This document shows positions 9,367 to 18,177 of a DNA stretch of 39,824 bases, in pieces. The DNA is from an uncultured Gemmatimonadota bacterium (GTDB lineage Bacteria; JAAXHH01; JABIQT01): assembly GCA_964470965.1 (NCBI GenBank), contig CAYYIS010000045.1, positions 1 through 39,824 of the forward strand. Reading direction: 5' to 3'. Within the stretch, counting starts at the first letter, position 1. The number at the start of each line of letters is the position of its first letter. Below the pieces are notes generated by a model, which was not told the DNA's origin, ran no database searches, and saw only the letters and a list, made by a program, of their open reading frames with translations. The translations under genes and the position numbers were made by a program.

Positions 9367-9396
9367 TCGGGATTCCTCTCCGTCCGAGGCATTCCG

Positions 9397-9436
9397 AACC
9401 GGAGCAGCAGAGACTCGGTTGATTTGTTTTTTTTCG
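9397..9436 (+). terminator. Terminator-like hairpin plus T-tract on the + strand inside a minus-strand intergenic gap
   Basis: aACCG(G)AG-cagcagaga-CTCGGTt forms a stem of about 7 bp with one bulge, followed by gatttgTTTTTTTTc. Both flanking genes are on the minus strand, so what it terminates is unclear. Confidence 0.25.
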
Positions 9437-9499
9437 TGATTTCAAGAAAGTCCGATACATCGCCACCGCATCAAATGCCAAATGGTCGGCGGAAGTGTG

Positions 9500-10444
9500 T
9501 TATGCGATGCGTCTTGTTAACGGCTCGCCAGCAAGACCTGCCATAAGATTGTCTACCGTTAATTGTGCCATTGCCCTGCGCGTCTGGATGGTCGCACTCC
9601 CCAGGTGCGGGGCGATGACGAGATTTTCCATTTGCAGTAAAGGATGATCTCGCGGCAGAGGTTCCGGCTCCGTTACATCGAGCGCTGCAGCTGCGATCCA
9701 CTTGTTTTCCAACGCTTCAAGAAGGGCATCGTGATCGACGACGCCACCGCGCGCCATGTTGATCAGGATGCCGGTGGGCTTTATTCGTTGGAATTCAGCG
9801 CGGCCGACCAGATGGTGCGTTTCAGGTGTAAGAGGGACATTCAGGACGATGTAGTCAGATTCCGAAAGAATCTCATCGAGCGACCGATATGATACACACA
9901 GTTCGTCTTCGGCACCGAGGTTGCGGTTTCTGTTGTGATACAGAATCCGCATATCAAATCCCCGTGCGCGTCTCGCGACTTCCCGCCCTATATTCCCCAT
10001 GCCGACAATACCGAGGGTGCTGCCATGGATTTCACTCCCAAGGTAAAGACTGGGATCATAATGTATGAACTCCGGTCCCCGGGCATATCTGTCCCCGATC
10101 ACTATGTTCCTGGCCGCTGCCATCAAGAGTGCGAATGTCATATCTGCTACAGCCCCGTCCAGAACGTTTGGCGTGTTGCCCACGGGAATTCCCCGCGATT
10201 TCGCCGCTTCGAGGTCGATGTGGTCCACACCCACACCGAAATTACTTATGATACGTAGTTTCGGCATACGGTCCATCATCTCTGCGTCGGTCACGTAATG
10301 GCCATACGTTACGAATCCATCCATATGTTCAAACCGCGGGTCGCTTGTTGACAGGTCTGATAGTTGATGGAGTACAAGGTTATCAACTAACAGTTCCAGG
10401 AATGAATCGGGTATCGGTTCATCGATTAGAACGTTCCGGGACAT
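9500..10444 (-). CDS. D-isomer-specific 2-hydroxyacid dehydrogenase (glyoxylate/hydroxypyruvate reductase-like)
   Basis: An NAD-binding GMGNIGREVARRA motif and the catalytic R/E/H region (ARGGVVDHDAL ... APHLGSAT). Length is 314 aa. Confidence 0.9.
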   Translation of the reverse strand: MSRNVLIDEPIPDSFLELLVDNLVLHQLSDLSTSDPRFEHMDGFVTYGHYVTDAEMMDRMPKLRIISNFGVGVDHIDLEAAKSRGIPVGNTPNVLDGAVADMTFALLMAAARNIVIGDRYARGPEFIHYDPSLYLGSEIHGSTLGIVGMGNIGREVARRARGFDMRILYHNRNRNLGAEDELCVSYRSLDEILSESDYIVLNVPLTPETHHLVGRAEFQRIKPTGILINMARGGVVDHDALLEALENKWIAAAALDVTEPEPLPRDHPLLQMENLVIAPHLGSATIQTRRAMAQLTVDNLMAGLAGEPLTRRIA

Positions 10445-10471
10445 CGATTTTCCAGTAAATTTATAAGTTTG

Positions 10472-11503
10472 TCATTGGACGCCTGCCTCATCAATCCTCA
10501 GCAGGCAGCTATCGGCATCCAGGGTCGCTTGAACACCAATCGGCAGAGTGGATTTGTGTTTTCCGTGACCAATGGACAGGCCGTAGATGACAGGAACATG
10601 GAGGCGGCTGAAGTAATCGTGAAAAATCTCTTCGATACTGAAATTTCCATAGGGAAATGCAGGTTTATGCGCACCGCTACCGCATCCGGCACATTCTCCG
10701 ATGACAACACCATTGACTGAATTCAGCTTTCCTGACTGATAGAGCTGGTTGAGCATACGATCCAGTTTGTGTGGTTCTTCACCCACGTCTTCGAAAAACA
10801 GTATTGCCCCGTCCGTCGATATTTCATACGGTGTACCAAGGCTGGCGGTGAGAAGAGAAAGGGTACCGCCTATGAGAGGGCCGGACCCGATTCCGCCGTT
10901 TAGAACCTGTACAGGCGGCATATCCGGCGGTTGTGAAATTTCGCCTAACGGTTCTTTACGGCATACCGCTCGGATGAACCAGTCACGGTTGTAATCGCCG
11001 AATGAATTTCCCCCCATTTCCGAAGCCACCATCGGACCCCAGAATGTGACGAGGCGTGTTTTATTAAGAAAAGCGATTTGGAGCGCCGTGATGTCGCTAT
11101 ATCCCACCAGGACCTTGGGATTCGCCCGGACAATGTCATAATCGATATCCTGAAGCAGCCGGCCGCAACCGTATCCGCCTCTGACGCACACGATACCATC
11201 AACGTCGGCGTCATCAAACATCGCATGCAGGTCCTGAAGGCGTTCTGAGTCGGTACCGGCCAGGTACCCGTGGCTGCTCATTAAATGACGACCACATTTA
11301 ACTTGAAACCCCATTTCCTCAAGAGCCCGGATCCCGTTCTTCACAGAACTGGGCAGGATAGGACGGCTGGCCGGAGCGATAACGCCTATCGTGTCTCCGG
11401 TTGTCAAAACTGGTGGTTTTAGAAGGGTCAAATCTGTTATCCTGGATGCTGGTTCTTTGATCGGTTCTACGGCAAATATAGTGTGGTGAATTATACTCGT
11501 CAA
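10472..11503 (-). CDS. LD-carboxypeptidase (peptidase S66, LdcA/MccF-like)
   Basis: GDTIGVIAPAS, a catalytic-triad-like GYSDITAL, and a C-terminal His region. The listed ORF starts at TTG 11503. A more typical start (M-TLLKPPVLTTGDTIG) would be the in-frame TTG at about 11431, which has an AGGA SD. Confidence 0.8.
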   Translation of the reverse strand: MTSIIHHTIFAVEPIKEPASRITDLTLLKPPVLTTGDTIGVIAPASRPILPSSVKNGIRALEEMGFQVKCGRHLMSSHGYLAGTDSERLQDLHAMFDDADVDGIVCVRGGYGCGRLLQDIDYDIVRANPKVLVGYSDITALQIAFLNKTRLVTFWGPMVASEMGGNSFGDYNRDWFIRAVCRKEPLGEISQPPDMPPVQVLNGGIGSGPLIGGTLSLLTASLGTPYEISTDGAILFFEDVGEEPHKLDRMLNQLYQSGKLNSVNGVVIGECAGCGSGAHKPAFPYGNFSIEEIFHDYFSRLHVPVIYGLSIGHGKHKSTLPIGVQATLDADSCLLRIDEAGVQ

Positions 11504-11680
11504 TTTTATTGTCCTTGCATTTTCAGTTGTTGATTAATTTTAAAACAATATTGTACACACCCGGATGTTTATGATTCCAATTGCATTTCTGAAGCCAATG
11601 ATTGGGTGAAGGTCTGTTTTATCGAACTGGATCGTCGCAACGCCGGAAGCGCTATTAGTCCTTATTTTTTGGATTTTTGA

Positions 11681-11709
11681 TTGACATAGGGGCCATGGCT
11701 CTACATAAT
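11681..11709 (+). promoter_or_regulatory. Sigma70-like promoter candidate for the CaCA exchanger gene
   Basis: TTGACA (11681-11686), a 17-nt spacer, then CATAAT (11704-11709) in an AT-rich divergent intergenic region. The spacer contains the palindrome GCCATGGC. Confidence 0.3.
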
Positions 11710-11774
11710 GGTTCGTTTACTTGAGTCCTATTGTTGCCATAAAAACGACGTAAAATATTAAAATACACTTATTT

Positions 11775-12758
11775 ATGATGGTTTGGATACAATTTTCCGT
11801 ATGTGCGGGTTTGATACTTATCGCTGGAAAGAGACTCTCTTTTTACGGTGATATGATTGCCGAGAGGACAGGTCTCGGGCGTGCCTGGATAGGGGTGATC
11901 CTGATGGCATCGGTAACGTCCCTTCCCGAACTGATCACTGGAATCAGCTCAGTACGTGTCTTTGATGTACCGGACATTGCCGTGGGGGATATTCTGGGAA
12001 GTTGCCTGTTCAACATCTTGATTATCTCGATCCTCGATGCGCTGAACCGGGATAAACCGGTACTGACGCTCACCCACAAAGGACAGATTCTCACCGGTGG
12101 GTTCGGTTTGTTGTTGCTCGGTCTCGTGAGCATAAGTTTTGGAATGGTTGACTGGCTGCCATCTCTCTGGTGGATAGGTGTTTACAGCTTCGCCTTCATC
12201 TTCGTCTACATCATTTCCATCCGCACGATTTTTATCTTTGAAAAACACAGAATGGCCGAGGAGATGCCGGACGACTCGCCCCATGAAATCTCCAATCCGA
12301 AGTTATACTGGTTGTATGGATTTAATGCACTGCTCGTTATCGCGGCTGCGACCTACCTTCCTCACATCGGCGAAGAGATCGCCCGTGTTACAGGCCTGGG
12401 CCAAACCTTCGTAGGCAGTCTTTTTATCGCTTTTTCCACGTCCTTACCCGAAATGGTGGTATCAATCTCCGCGATGCGGATTGGTGCAGTCGATATGGCG
12501 GTTGGGAATCTCATGGGCAGCAACCTGTTTAATATAGGTATTCTTGCTATTGATGATTTTCTCTACACTAAAGGTCCATTGCTTAGCAACGTTACATTCT
12601 CTCACCAGATAACCGCCATCGCAGCCGCAATGATGACCACAATCGCGATAATCGGGTTGATCTATAGGGCCGAGAGTAAGCGGCTGTTTATCTCGAGTTC
12701 GGCCATTGCAATCGCCCTGGTATACCTGGCTGCGACCCTGTTTCTGTCACAGGGTTAA
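11775..12758 (+). CDS. CaCA-family cation/Ca2+ antiporter (YrbG-like Na+/Ca2+ exchanger membrane protein)
   Basis: Two internal alpha-repeat signatures, GILMASVTSLPELITGI and SLFIAFSTSLPEMVVSI. Each is followed by a (V/M)GNxxGSNxFN segment. It is a polytopic membrane protein of 327 aa. Confidence 0.8.
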   Translation: MMVWIQFSVCAGLILIAGKRLSFYGDMIAERTGLGRAWIGVILMASVTSLPELITGISSVRVFDVPDIAVGDILGSCLFNILIISILDALNRDKPVLTLTHKGQILTGGFGLLLLGLVSISFGMVDWLPSLWWIGVYSFAFIFVYIISIRTIFIFEKHRMAEEMPDDSPHEISNPKLYWLYGFNALLVIAAATYLPHIGEEIARVTGLGQTFVGSLFIAFSTSLPEMVVSISAMRIGAVDMAVGNLMGSNLFNIGILAIDDFLYTKGPLLSNVTFSHQITAIAAAMMTTIAIIGLIYRAESKRLFISSSAIAIALVYLAATLFLSQG

Positions 12759-13041
12759 TCCGTTACGGTTTCTCCGCTGCGAGTATCGATCATTGTTTTG
12801 CCTGTCTCTGCGGTAGTAATGAACGGGGTTCACCCAAGTTCATGAACCCACGGTTCTCCCTAACCTGTCCCTAGAATAGATCCTCTCATAGACTGACCGG
12901 CCATCCGCCTTAATTTATGTAGCGGCCATCTCACTGGGAAATGAGCCGCTTTAATCAGTTTGACTATGGGGCATCATAAGTATACGATCTAGGTTTGGGT
13001 TATAACGGAGAAATGAAATTTTCCTTGAAAGGATAAACATC

Positions 13042-13623
13042 ATGAGCGATGCCCCTCCCCAAATGCAGCTGCAGATGGCCTGGGATCATAGGCGTTCAGG
13101 TAACCCGCCACACCCCGTGTCCATACCGGATGGATACATCCTTCGCACCTACCAGGCCGGAGATGAGACCGGCTGGTGTAGCGTGATGGATCTGGCTGGA
13201 TTCGAAGGGTGGGACGATGAAAAATTGGCGCCCTGGTTCGGAAAAATTTTACCCGATGGGTGGTTCATGATCATTCATAAGGCTACGGGAGATATCGTTG
13301 CTACAGCCATGGCGTTGCATGGTCCTACCGATTTTTTCCCCTTCGGTGGTGAGTTGGGTTGGGTAGCGGGAAATCCTGCACATTCCGGGAAAAATCTTGG
13401 GACGGCCGTCTGTGCAGCGGTCACCGCTCGTTTAATCGGTGCGGGATACCACTTGATACATCTCAATACGGATGATTTTCGATTGCCGGCCATAAAAATA
13501 TACCTCAAATTAGGCTACGCACCGTTTCTTTTTACATCTGATATGCCGGATCGGTGGCGCGCCGTCTGTGAGAAACTCAATTGGCCGTATGCACCCGAAG
13601 CGTGGCGTCATGTTGATCGATAA
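13042..13623 (+). CDS. GNAT-family N-acetyltransferase
   Basis: A C-terminal acetyl-CoA-binding-like region (GKNLGTAVCAAVTARLIGAGYHLIHLNT) and a preceding AAGGA SD. Length is 193 aa. Confidence 0.7.
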   Translation: MSDAPPQMQLQMAWDHRRSGNPPHPVSIPDGYILRTYQAGDETGWCSVMDLAGFEGWDDEKLAPWFGKILPDGWFMIIHKATGDIVATAMALHGPTDFFPFGGELGWVAGNPAHSGKNLGTAVCAAVTARLIGAGYHLIHLNTDDFRLPAIKIYLKLGYAPFLFTSDMPDRWRAVCEKLNWPYAPEAWRHVDR

Positions 13624-13868
13624 TCAGCCCGTCATCTGACCAGTTTCTTTTCCATCCGACACCCTTGTGCACGTCCTCAGGTTCTGGATACGCTTATTCA
13701 AGATAGGCCCGATACCGCGGCATGCCTTCTCAATCAAATGAGGAAATATCGTCCGGCTGGAACAGAAGGTGAAGATTCTGGCTATCATCGGACGACGCAG
13801 GTGCATCATTCCGGATTTCCAGGTAAATTGTTATTCGTGTTTAGATCCACAGCGTATTCGGAGACAAC

Positions 13869-14369
13869 ATGATTCGAGATCTTCATAGATTTACATCGGC
13901 TCCCGACGAGGGACCTTGGCTGGCAACGCTGCTTGGTCACCAGGTCCGCATCAAGACAAGCGGGAAAGACACGGATGGAAAGTTAGCCGTGTTTGAATTC
14001 ATTGAAAAACCTCACAGTCAGCCTCCCCCGTTTACGCGCCATGCTTTCATAGAGGTATTCTGTATTCTGGATGGCACACTGACGTTCCAGTTTCTCAATC
14101 AAGAAGCATTTGAGGCAGCGCCCGGTACAGTCATCACCGTGCCGAGTCGTAAACCGCATACCTTCTGGAATCGGGCCTCCGAGTCATCGCGTGTGTTGAA
14201 CGTGTGTACACCCGCCGGTCTCGACAGCTTTTTTGAAGAGTCTGAGGCGTTATTAAAGAAAGTCTCTCCCGGTTCTGACGATAAGATATTTCTGGCGGAG
14301 ATGGCACGATTGAGAGAGCGGTACGGCCTGGAACATGTGGCGCCGCCTCCGGAGGACAGGTGGGATTAG
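13869..14369 (+). CDS. Cupin-domain protein (function unknown)
   Basis: A 166-aa small beta-barrel protein with two cupin-like motifs (VFEFIEKPHSQPPPFTRHAF ... GTVITVPSRKPHTFWN). It has a GGAGA SD. Confidence 0.55.
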   Translation: MIRDLHRFTSAPDEGPWLATLLGHQVRIKTSGKDTDGKLAVFEFIEKPHSQPPPFTRHAFIEVFCILDGTLTFQFLNQEAFEAAPGTVITVPSRKPHTFWNRASESSRVLNVCTPAGLDSFFEESEALLKKVSPGSDDKIFLAEMARLRERYGLEHVAPPPEDRWD

Positions 14370-14423
14370 CCTGTTGTTCTTAATGGGAATAAATGAATTT
14401 CACGTAAAAGATGTTGAGAACGT

Positions 14424-14732
14424 ATGGCTGATGATGGAGGCAAGTGGTCCTGCGATTCCGAAGGAGATGGTTTCATAGAACAAGAATCCGGTGAAGATAT
14501 GTTCGTACACCATTCAGCAATCCAGGGTAAAGGTGTCAAGACGCTCGGTGAGGGTGATGAGGTCGAGGTGGCGGGCGGCCCCGGGGCAACGCTGGCCGCG
14601 AGTGCAACAATACAACAGGTGGGCGGGACTCTGTCTTTTAAAGAGGACGCCCAAGCGCACGGCTGCACGGTCCGGCACAGTGTCCGCTTTTTGTTGGGGA
14701 TTTTCAATACCGGATTCATACTGTCAACATAG
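14424..14732 (+). CDS. Divergent cold-shock-domain (CSD) protein with degenerate RNP motifs and a C-terminal extension
   Basis: It aligns along its length with CspA/CspB. KWSCDSEGDGFI corresponds to KWFNSEKGFGFI, DMFVHHSAIQGKGVKTLGEGDEV to [23 protein letters not shown], and GGPGATLAASAT to GNRGPQAANVT. About 35 extra residues at the C-terminus overlap the convergent BNR gene by 17 nt. Confidence 0.55.
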   Translation: MADDGGKWSCDSEGDGFIEQESGEDMFVHHSAIQGKGVKTLGEGDEVEVAGGPGATLAASATIQQVGGTLSFKEDAQAHGCTVRHSVRFLLGIFNTGFILST

Positions 14733-15684
14733 CTCTGATCTCACCGAACTCTCTATCCAATTTTTTCCAGGTTGAACCACCGTCCTCGCTGCGGTAAATC
14801 TGACCACTCACGGTAAAAGCAAATATAAGTTCAGGATCACGGCGACATGAGGCAAAATTCCAGATGGTGCTGTTTGGACGGCAAGGAAGGGGCCCCTCCC
14901 GCCATGATTCTCCGAGATCATCAGAAATCTGTATCGAACCGCAATCCCCGGGAGGGCCATTGCCATTGCCTATTATAAGTGTCCCAGAATCATCGTGTCT
15001 GGTAATAACGCCCCGGCAATAACCCCAGGGGAATGTCTCCTCAACGTTCAGGTCCGACCACGTCTCACCGTTATCCATGCTTCTACAAATACCTGCATTC
15101 GTAGTGGCGATTATCGTTTTAGGATCACTCCGGATGATCGCCAGGCCATGAACATCGAGACTGTTAAGGCCTTTTTTGTGGCTGGTCCAGGTTTCTCCTC
15201 CGTCCGTGCTCCGATAAACTCCGTCTATTTCCACCCCTGCGAATATGGTCTGGCGCTCGGCGGGGTCGGTCAGGATGGTCGTTACTCTTGTGTGAACGAT
15301 CGGAGTGCAGTGTGTCTCTATGCCTGCATGTAGCTGGGTCCAGGATGCGCCGGCATCGGTAGTTCGATAGAGGCCGGATGGTCGTGTACCCGCGAATATG
15401 ATATCCGGATTCTCAGGATGAATCGCAAGGGACCAGATCTGTTTCTGATCCATGGGTGAGGACAGATGAGTCCATTTGTCGCCTCCGTCGTTCGTCCTGT
15501 AAAATCCCTCATCCGTACCCGCGTATAGGATTTCTCCGTTATGAGGATGGGCGACCAGTGCCCGTACGTCACATTCCATGTACAATGACCCGCCTGAAGC
15601 GCGTGACCAGGTATCTCCGCCGTCGCAGCTCCTCCAGATACTTTGTCCGACCGTGCCTGCATATACCAATGCTTGTAAACCCAT
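14716..15684 (-). CDS. BNR/Asp-box repeat beta-propeller protein (Ycf48/sortilin-like; possible glycosidase or carbohydrate-binding)
   Basis: Seven S-x-D-x-G-x-(T/S)-W repeats: SCDGGDTW, TNDGGDKW, TTDAGASW, STDGGETW, SMDNGETW, SDDLGESW and SEDGGSTW. The start was trimmed to MGLQALVYAG (ATG at 15684), which has an AGGAG SD. The N-terminus is hydrophobic. Confidence 0.75.
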   Translation of the reverse strand: MGLQALVYAGTVGQSIWRSCDGGDTWSRASGGSLYMECDVRALVAHPHNGEILYAGTDEGFYRTNDGGDKWTHLSSPMDQKQIWSLAIHPENPDIIFAGTRPSGLYRTTDAGASWTQLHAGIETHCTPIVHTRVTTILTDPAERQTIFAGVEIDGVYRSTDGGETWTSHKKGLNSLDVHGLAIIRSDPKTIIATTNAGICRSMDNGETWSDLNVEETFPWGYCRGVITRHDDSGTLIIGNGNGPPGDCGSIQISDDLGESWREGPLPCRPNSTIWNFASCRRDPELIFAFTVSGQIYRSEDGGSTWKKLDREFGEIRAMLTV

Positions 15685-15781
15685 GGCGACTCCTACCCGA
15701 AACATCGAAACTAATCGGGATTGATAAAGATTGAGATAATAATCAGAATACAACTATAATAAAAATATAATGAGAAGTCCT

Positions 15782-16690
15782 TCACCGATCCATCTCTGCA
15801 ACGAGGCGACCTTTGGAATCGTGACGCACCTTTGTGTTACTGGTTGGCTTACCCGCCTTGCTGGCCGCATTGACGTGCTTGACCCTTCCTTTGTATCGCT
15901 TCGGCATCTCCTGTTTCCGCCATTTCAGGAAATTACGCTCATGCTGATCCCGGTTCCTTTCGGTCGGTTCTACCGGTATGGCAATATCACCAAATACCAT
16001 CCCATCGGTCTTCCGAGATACGGAAACCACTTCGCCTTTGCTGATGATGAGGGTAACGCCGACATTGGCCTCCACGATTGGCACACCGTTTTCCCTGGCG
16101 CGACACAACACAGCTTTATCCTGTGCCTTCGAACGGTCGCCGAACGAAGGGATGAGCAGGAACCTGGCACCATCGAGGACGGGAATCCGGGCGATATCAT
16201 CATTCCACCGGTCGTTACAAATGAGGAAACCACCTTTTCCAAAAGGGGTATCGAAGGCCCGGCTGTTTTGGCCGAGCCGGTTGAACCACCAGGTATGATG
16301 GTATCCCTCCGCAAGCTGCATCTTGTGGTATTTACCCCTGATCCGCCCAGCCTGATCGATGAAGATGGCACAGTTGTACACATCCCCCTTGATTTTTTCC
16401 GCAAGACCGAAGGCCAGGCAGATTTTCCGATCCCGCGCAAGGGAACGGAAGCGGCCTATGACAGGACTGCGTAGGGATAATGCGACTTCATTCATCCTAC
16501 CCGCGGGCACCTCACCTGAGATTATCTCATTGACCACATACCCTTCCAGTATGCCTTCCGGAGCTACGGCAAGTTGAGCTCCTCCGTCTGCCGCGTCATG
16601 GAACGCCTGTTCGAGACGCCCCGCGTTATTTTCAACAGCGAACTTTTCAGGTTTGAATGATAGGGCCGCGGCTGTGATTTCCTTGAACAT
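15782..16690 (-). CDS. Carbon-nitrogen hydrolase (nitrilase superfamily) with a Lys/Arg-rich C-terminal tail
   Basis: The E-K-C triad context is LAVAPEG, YHKMQL and FLICNDRW. The start is taken at MFKEITAAAL (ATG at 16690). The last roughly 45 aa are strongly basic (KWRKQEMPKRYKGRVKHVNAASKAGKPTSNTKVRHDSKGR). Confidence 0.8.
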   Translation of the reverse strand: MFKEITAAALSFKPEKFAVENNAGRLEQAFHDAADGGAQLAVAPEGILEGYVVNEIISGEVPAGRMNEVALSLRSPVIGRFRSLARDRKICLAFGLAEKIKGDVYNCAIFIDQAGRIRGKYHKMQLAEGYHHTWWFNRLGQNSRAFDTPFGKGGFLICNDRWNDDIARIPVLDGARFLLIPSFGDRSKAQDKAVLCRARENGVPIVEANVGVTLIISKGEVVSVSRKTDGMVFGDIAIPVEPTERNRDQHERNFLKWRKQEMPKRYKGRVKHVNAASKAGKPTSNTKVRHDSKGRLVAEMDR

Positions 16691-17022
16691 GTTTACCCCC
16701 AATCAGGTATTCCCGGACCATTTCATCGAGGCGTTTATTCAGCTTATTCTGCGCATGGTTCGAAGCGGCCCCAAAACCCGGTATAGCTTGCTAACAGGAC
16801 CTTTTAATAATTACCGTCGATTCCGGTTGCTCCTCATTAATAAGCATAACGGCGGGAATGTACAACCTTCAAAGAATCTGGTCCTATGATTCCTTAGGCC
16901 TCCGGTTGCCTGATTTTGCGAACAGCACGTTGTACATCCGGGTCCCTAAAGAGAGAAGAGGTCGATACCGGGTCGTACCGGAGAAATGTTGTAGCTGAAC
17001 TATGGCAGTCAAGCGACATTAC

Positions 17023-17289
17023 TCAGGCTGACGATTGACGAAGCCGCGAGGATTTGAATATATGGTAAAGGGCCCATAAACCGATAGCGATCCACATAAT
17101 ATTGATGCCCACCGACGGCATAGCGCCATGATAAAATGAATTAATACCCAGCAAGAGGCTTCCGACCAGGTTTAACGCCTGATACAGAATGGATTGGCCG
17201 TGTAGCTTTCTCGACGACACGAGTATGTACGCGAGAACAAGCATGGCAGTGGCAAGCCATCCCAGGATATCGATGATAAGTTCAGTCAT
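17023..17289 (-). CDS. Small 3-TM membrane protein (resembles the CBU_0592-type small membrane protein family)
   Basis: An 88-aa protein with three hydrophobic helices (IIDILGWLATAMLVLAYILVS, LNLVGSLLLGINSFY, INIMWIAIGLWALY). It has an ATG start. The family assignment is from memory. Confidence 0.5.
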   Translation of the reverse strand: MTELIIDILGWLATAMLVLAYILVSSRKLHGQSILYQALNLVGSLLLGINSFYHGAMPSVGINIMWIAIGLWALYHIFKSSRLRQSSA

Positions 17290-17418
17290 TTGGGTGTGGG
17301 CTCCTTAAACTTTAAAGACATTATTGAAAAGCGCTTGCTTGAATTAAAAGGAACATTATTGTATAGGCAAGATTACAATTACATCCTCATAGTGATCAGG
17401 TATCCCATGGGAGATCGC

Positions 17419-18138
17419 ATGACGAACCCTACCATTTCTCAGGATGTGCTCGACCGGCTGCTCATCCCGAGTACCGCCACTCTAACCGCACAGCTCAGCA
17501 ATCTTGGACTCTGGCATACATTCATGCATGACGTATCACCCCTAAAACCTGGTATGAAAATGGTTGGTGCCGCGTTTACACTGCGCTATATCCCTGCCCG
17601 GGAGGATCTGGACCGGGTGCCCCTGGACAATTTGACTGATGTCCAGAGAGTAGGGATCGAACGGATCGGACCTGGTGAGGTACTTGTCATCGACGCCCGG
17701 GGCGATACACGGGCCGGCACGATGGGTAATATCCTTGCGACCAGAGTGCACGTGCGTGGCGCGGCAGGCATCGTCACGGATGGAGCCTATCGCGACAGTC
17801 CGGCTTTTCTTGATATCGGTATCCCCTCCTATGCCCGCGCGATGAATGCACACACAAACAAAACCATCCATCACCCCGCGGATTTCCAGCAACCCATCGC
17901 TTGCGGCGGTGTTTCTGTGTTTCCCGGAGACATTATCGTCGGTGACGACGAAGGAGTCGTGGTCATACCTGTGGAATATGCGGAAGAAGTAGCGATACGG
18001 TCTGTGGAACAGGAGGAGAAAGAATCCTTTTTGCTTGGAAAAATCGAACAGGGAGCCAGTATCGTCGGTGTATATCCACCGAACGAGAAGACCAATGCGG
18101 AGTTCGATGTGTGGAAGCGGAAAACATCAAATCAGTAG
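17419..18138 (+). CDS. RraA-like protein (RraA / 4-hydroxy-4-methyl-2-oxoglutarate aldolase family; class II pyruvate aldolase fold)
   Basis: GDTRAGTMGNILATRVHVRGAAGIVTDGAYRD is the RraA-family core. The start was chosen at MTNPTISQ (ATG at 17419, GGGAGA SD). A second ATG lies at 17407. The ORF track's TTG at 17290 is an unlikely extension. Confidence 0.8.
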   Translation: MTNPTISQDVLDRLLIPSTATLTAQLSNLGLWHTFMHDVSPLKPGMKMVGAAFTLRYIPAREDLDRVPLDNLTDVQRVGIERIGPGEVLVIDARGDTRAGTMGNILATRVHVRGAAGIVTDGAYRDSPAFLDIGIPSYARAMNAHTNKTIHHPADFQQPIACGGVSVFPGDIIVGDDEGVVVIPVEYAEEVAIRSVEQEEKESFLLGKIEQGASIVGVYPPNEKTNAEFDVWKRKTSNQ

Positions 18139-18177
18139 GCAGTATAAAGATTCACAAACCCGTAAGGAGATTAACAT

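Noticed and set aside
11504-11774. AT-rich 270-nt gap, checked for CRISPR repeats, mobile-element ends or small genes
   Set aside because: It has no direct repeats or inverted terminal repeats and no ORF with features. It is most simply a divergent promoter region (LdcA operon on the minus strand, CaCA gene on the plus strand).
12837-12846. Perfect 10-bp palindrome GTTCATGAAC downstream of the CaCA gene
   Set aside because: A short isolated palindrome with no T-tract and no repeat copies. It is probably not significant.
13624-13809. 61-aa minus-strand ORF between the GNAT and cupin genes, checked as a possible antitoxin or small regulator for the GNAT
   Set aside because: It has no SD and no recognisable fold motifs (RHH / HTH). 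It is convergent to the GNAT gene rather than upstream of it. The GNAT itself looks like an ordinary acetyltransferase rather than a TacT-like toxin.
17290-17418. N-terminal extensions offered by the ORF track (17290 for RraA-like, 6995 for the isochorismatase, 1249 for the enolase, 15753 for the BNR protein, 26311 for the TIM barrel, 32340 for SBP-1)
   Set aside because: Each extension overlaps the upstream gene or lacks an SD. In each case an internal Met with a good SD coincides with the conserved family N-terminus.
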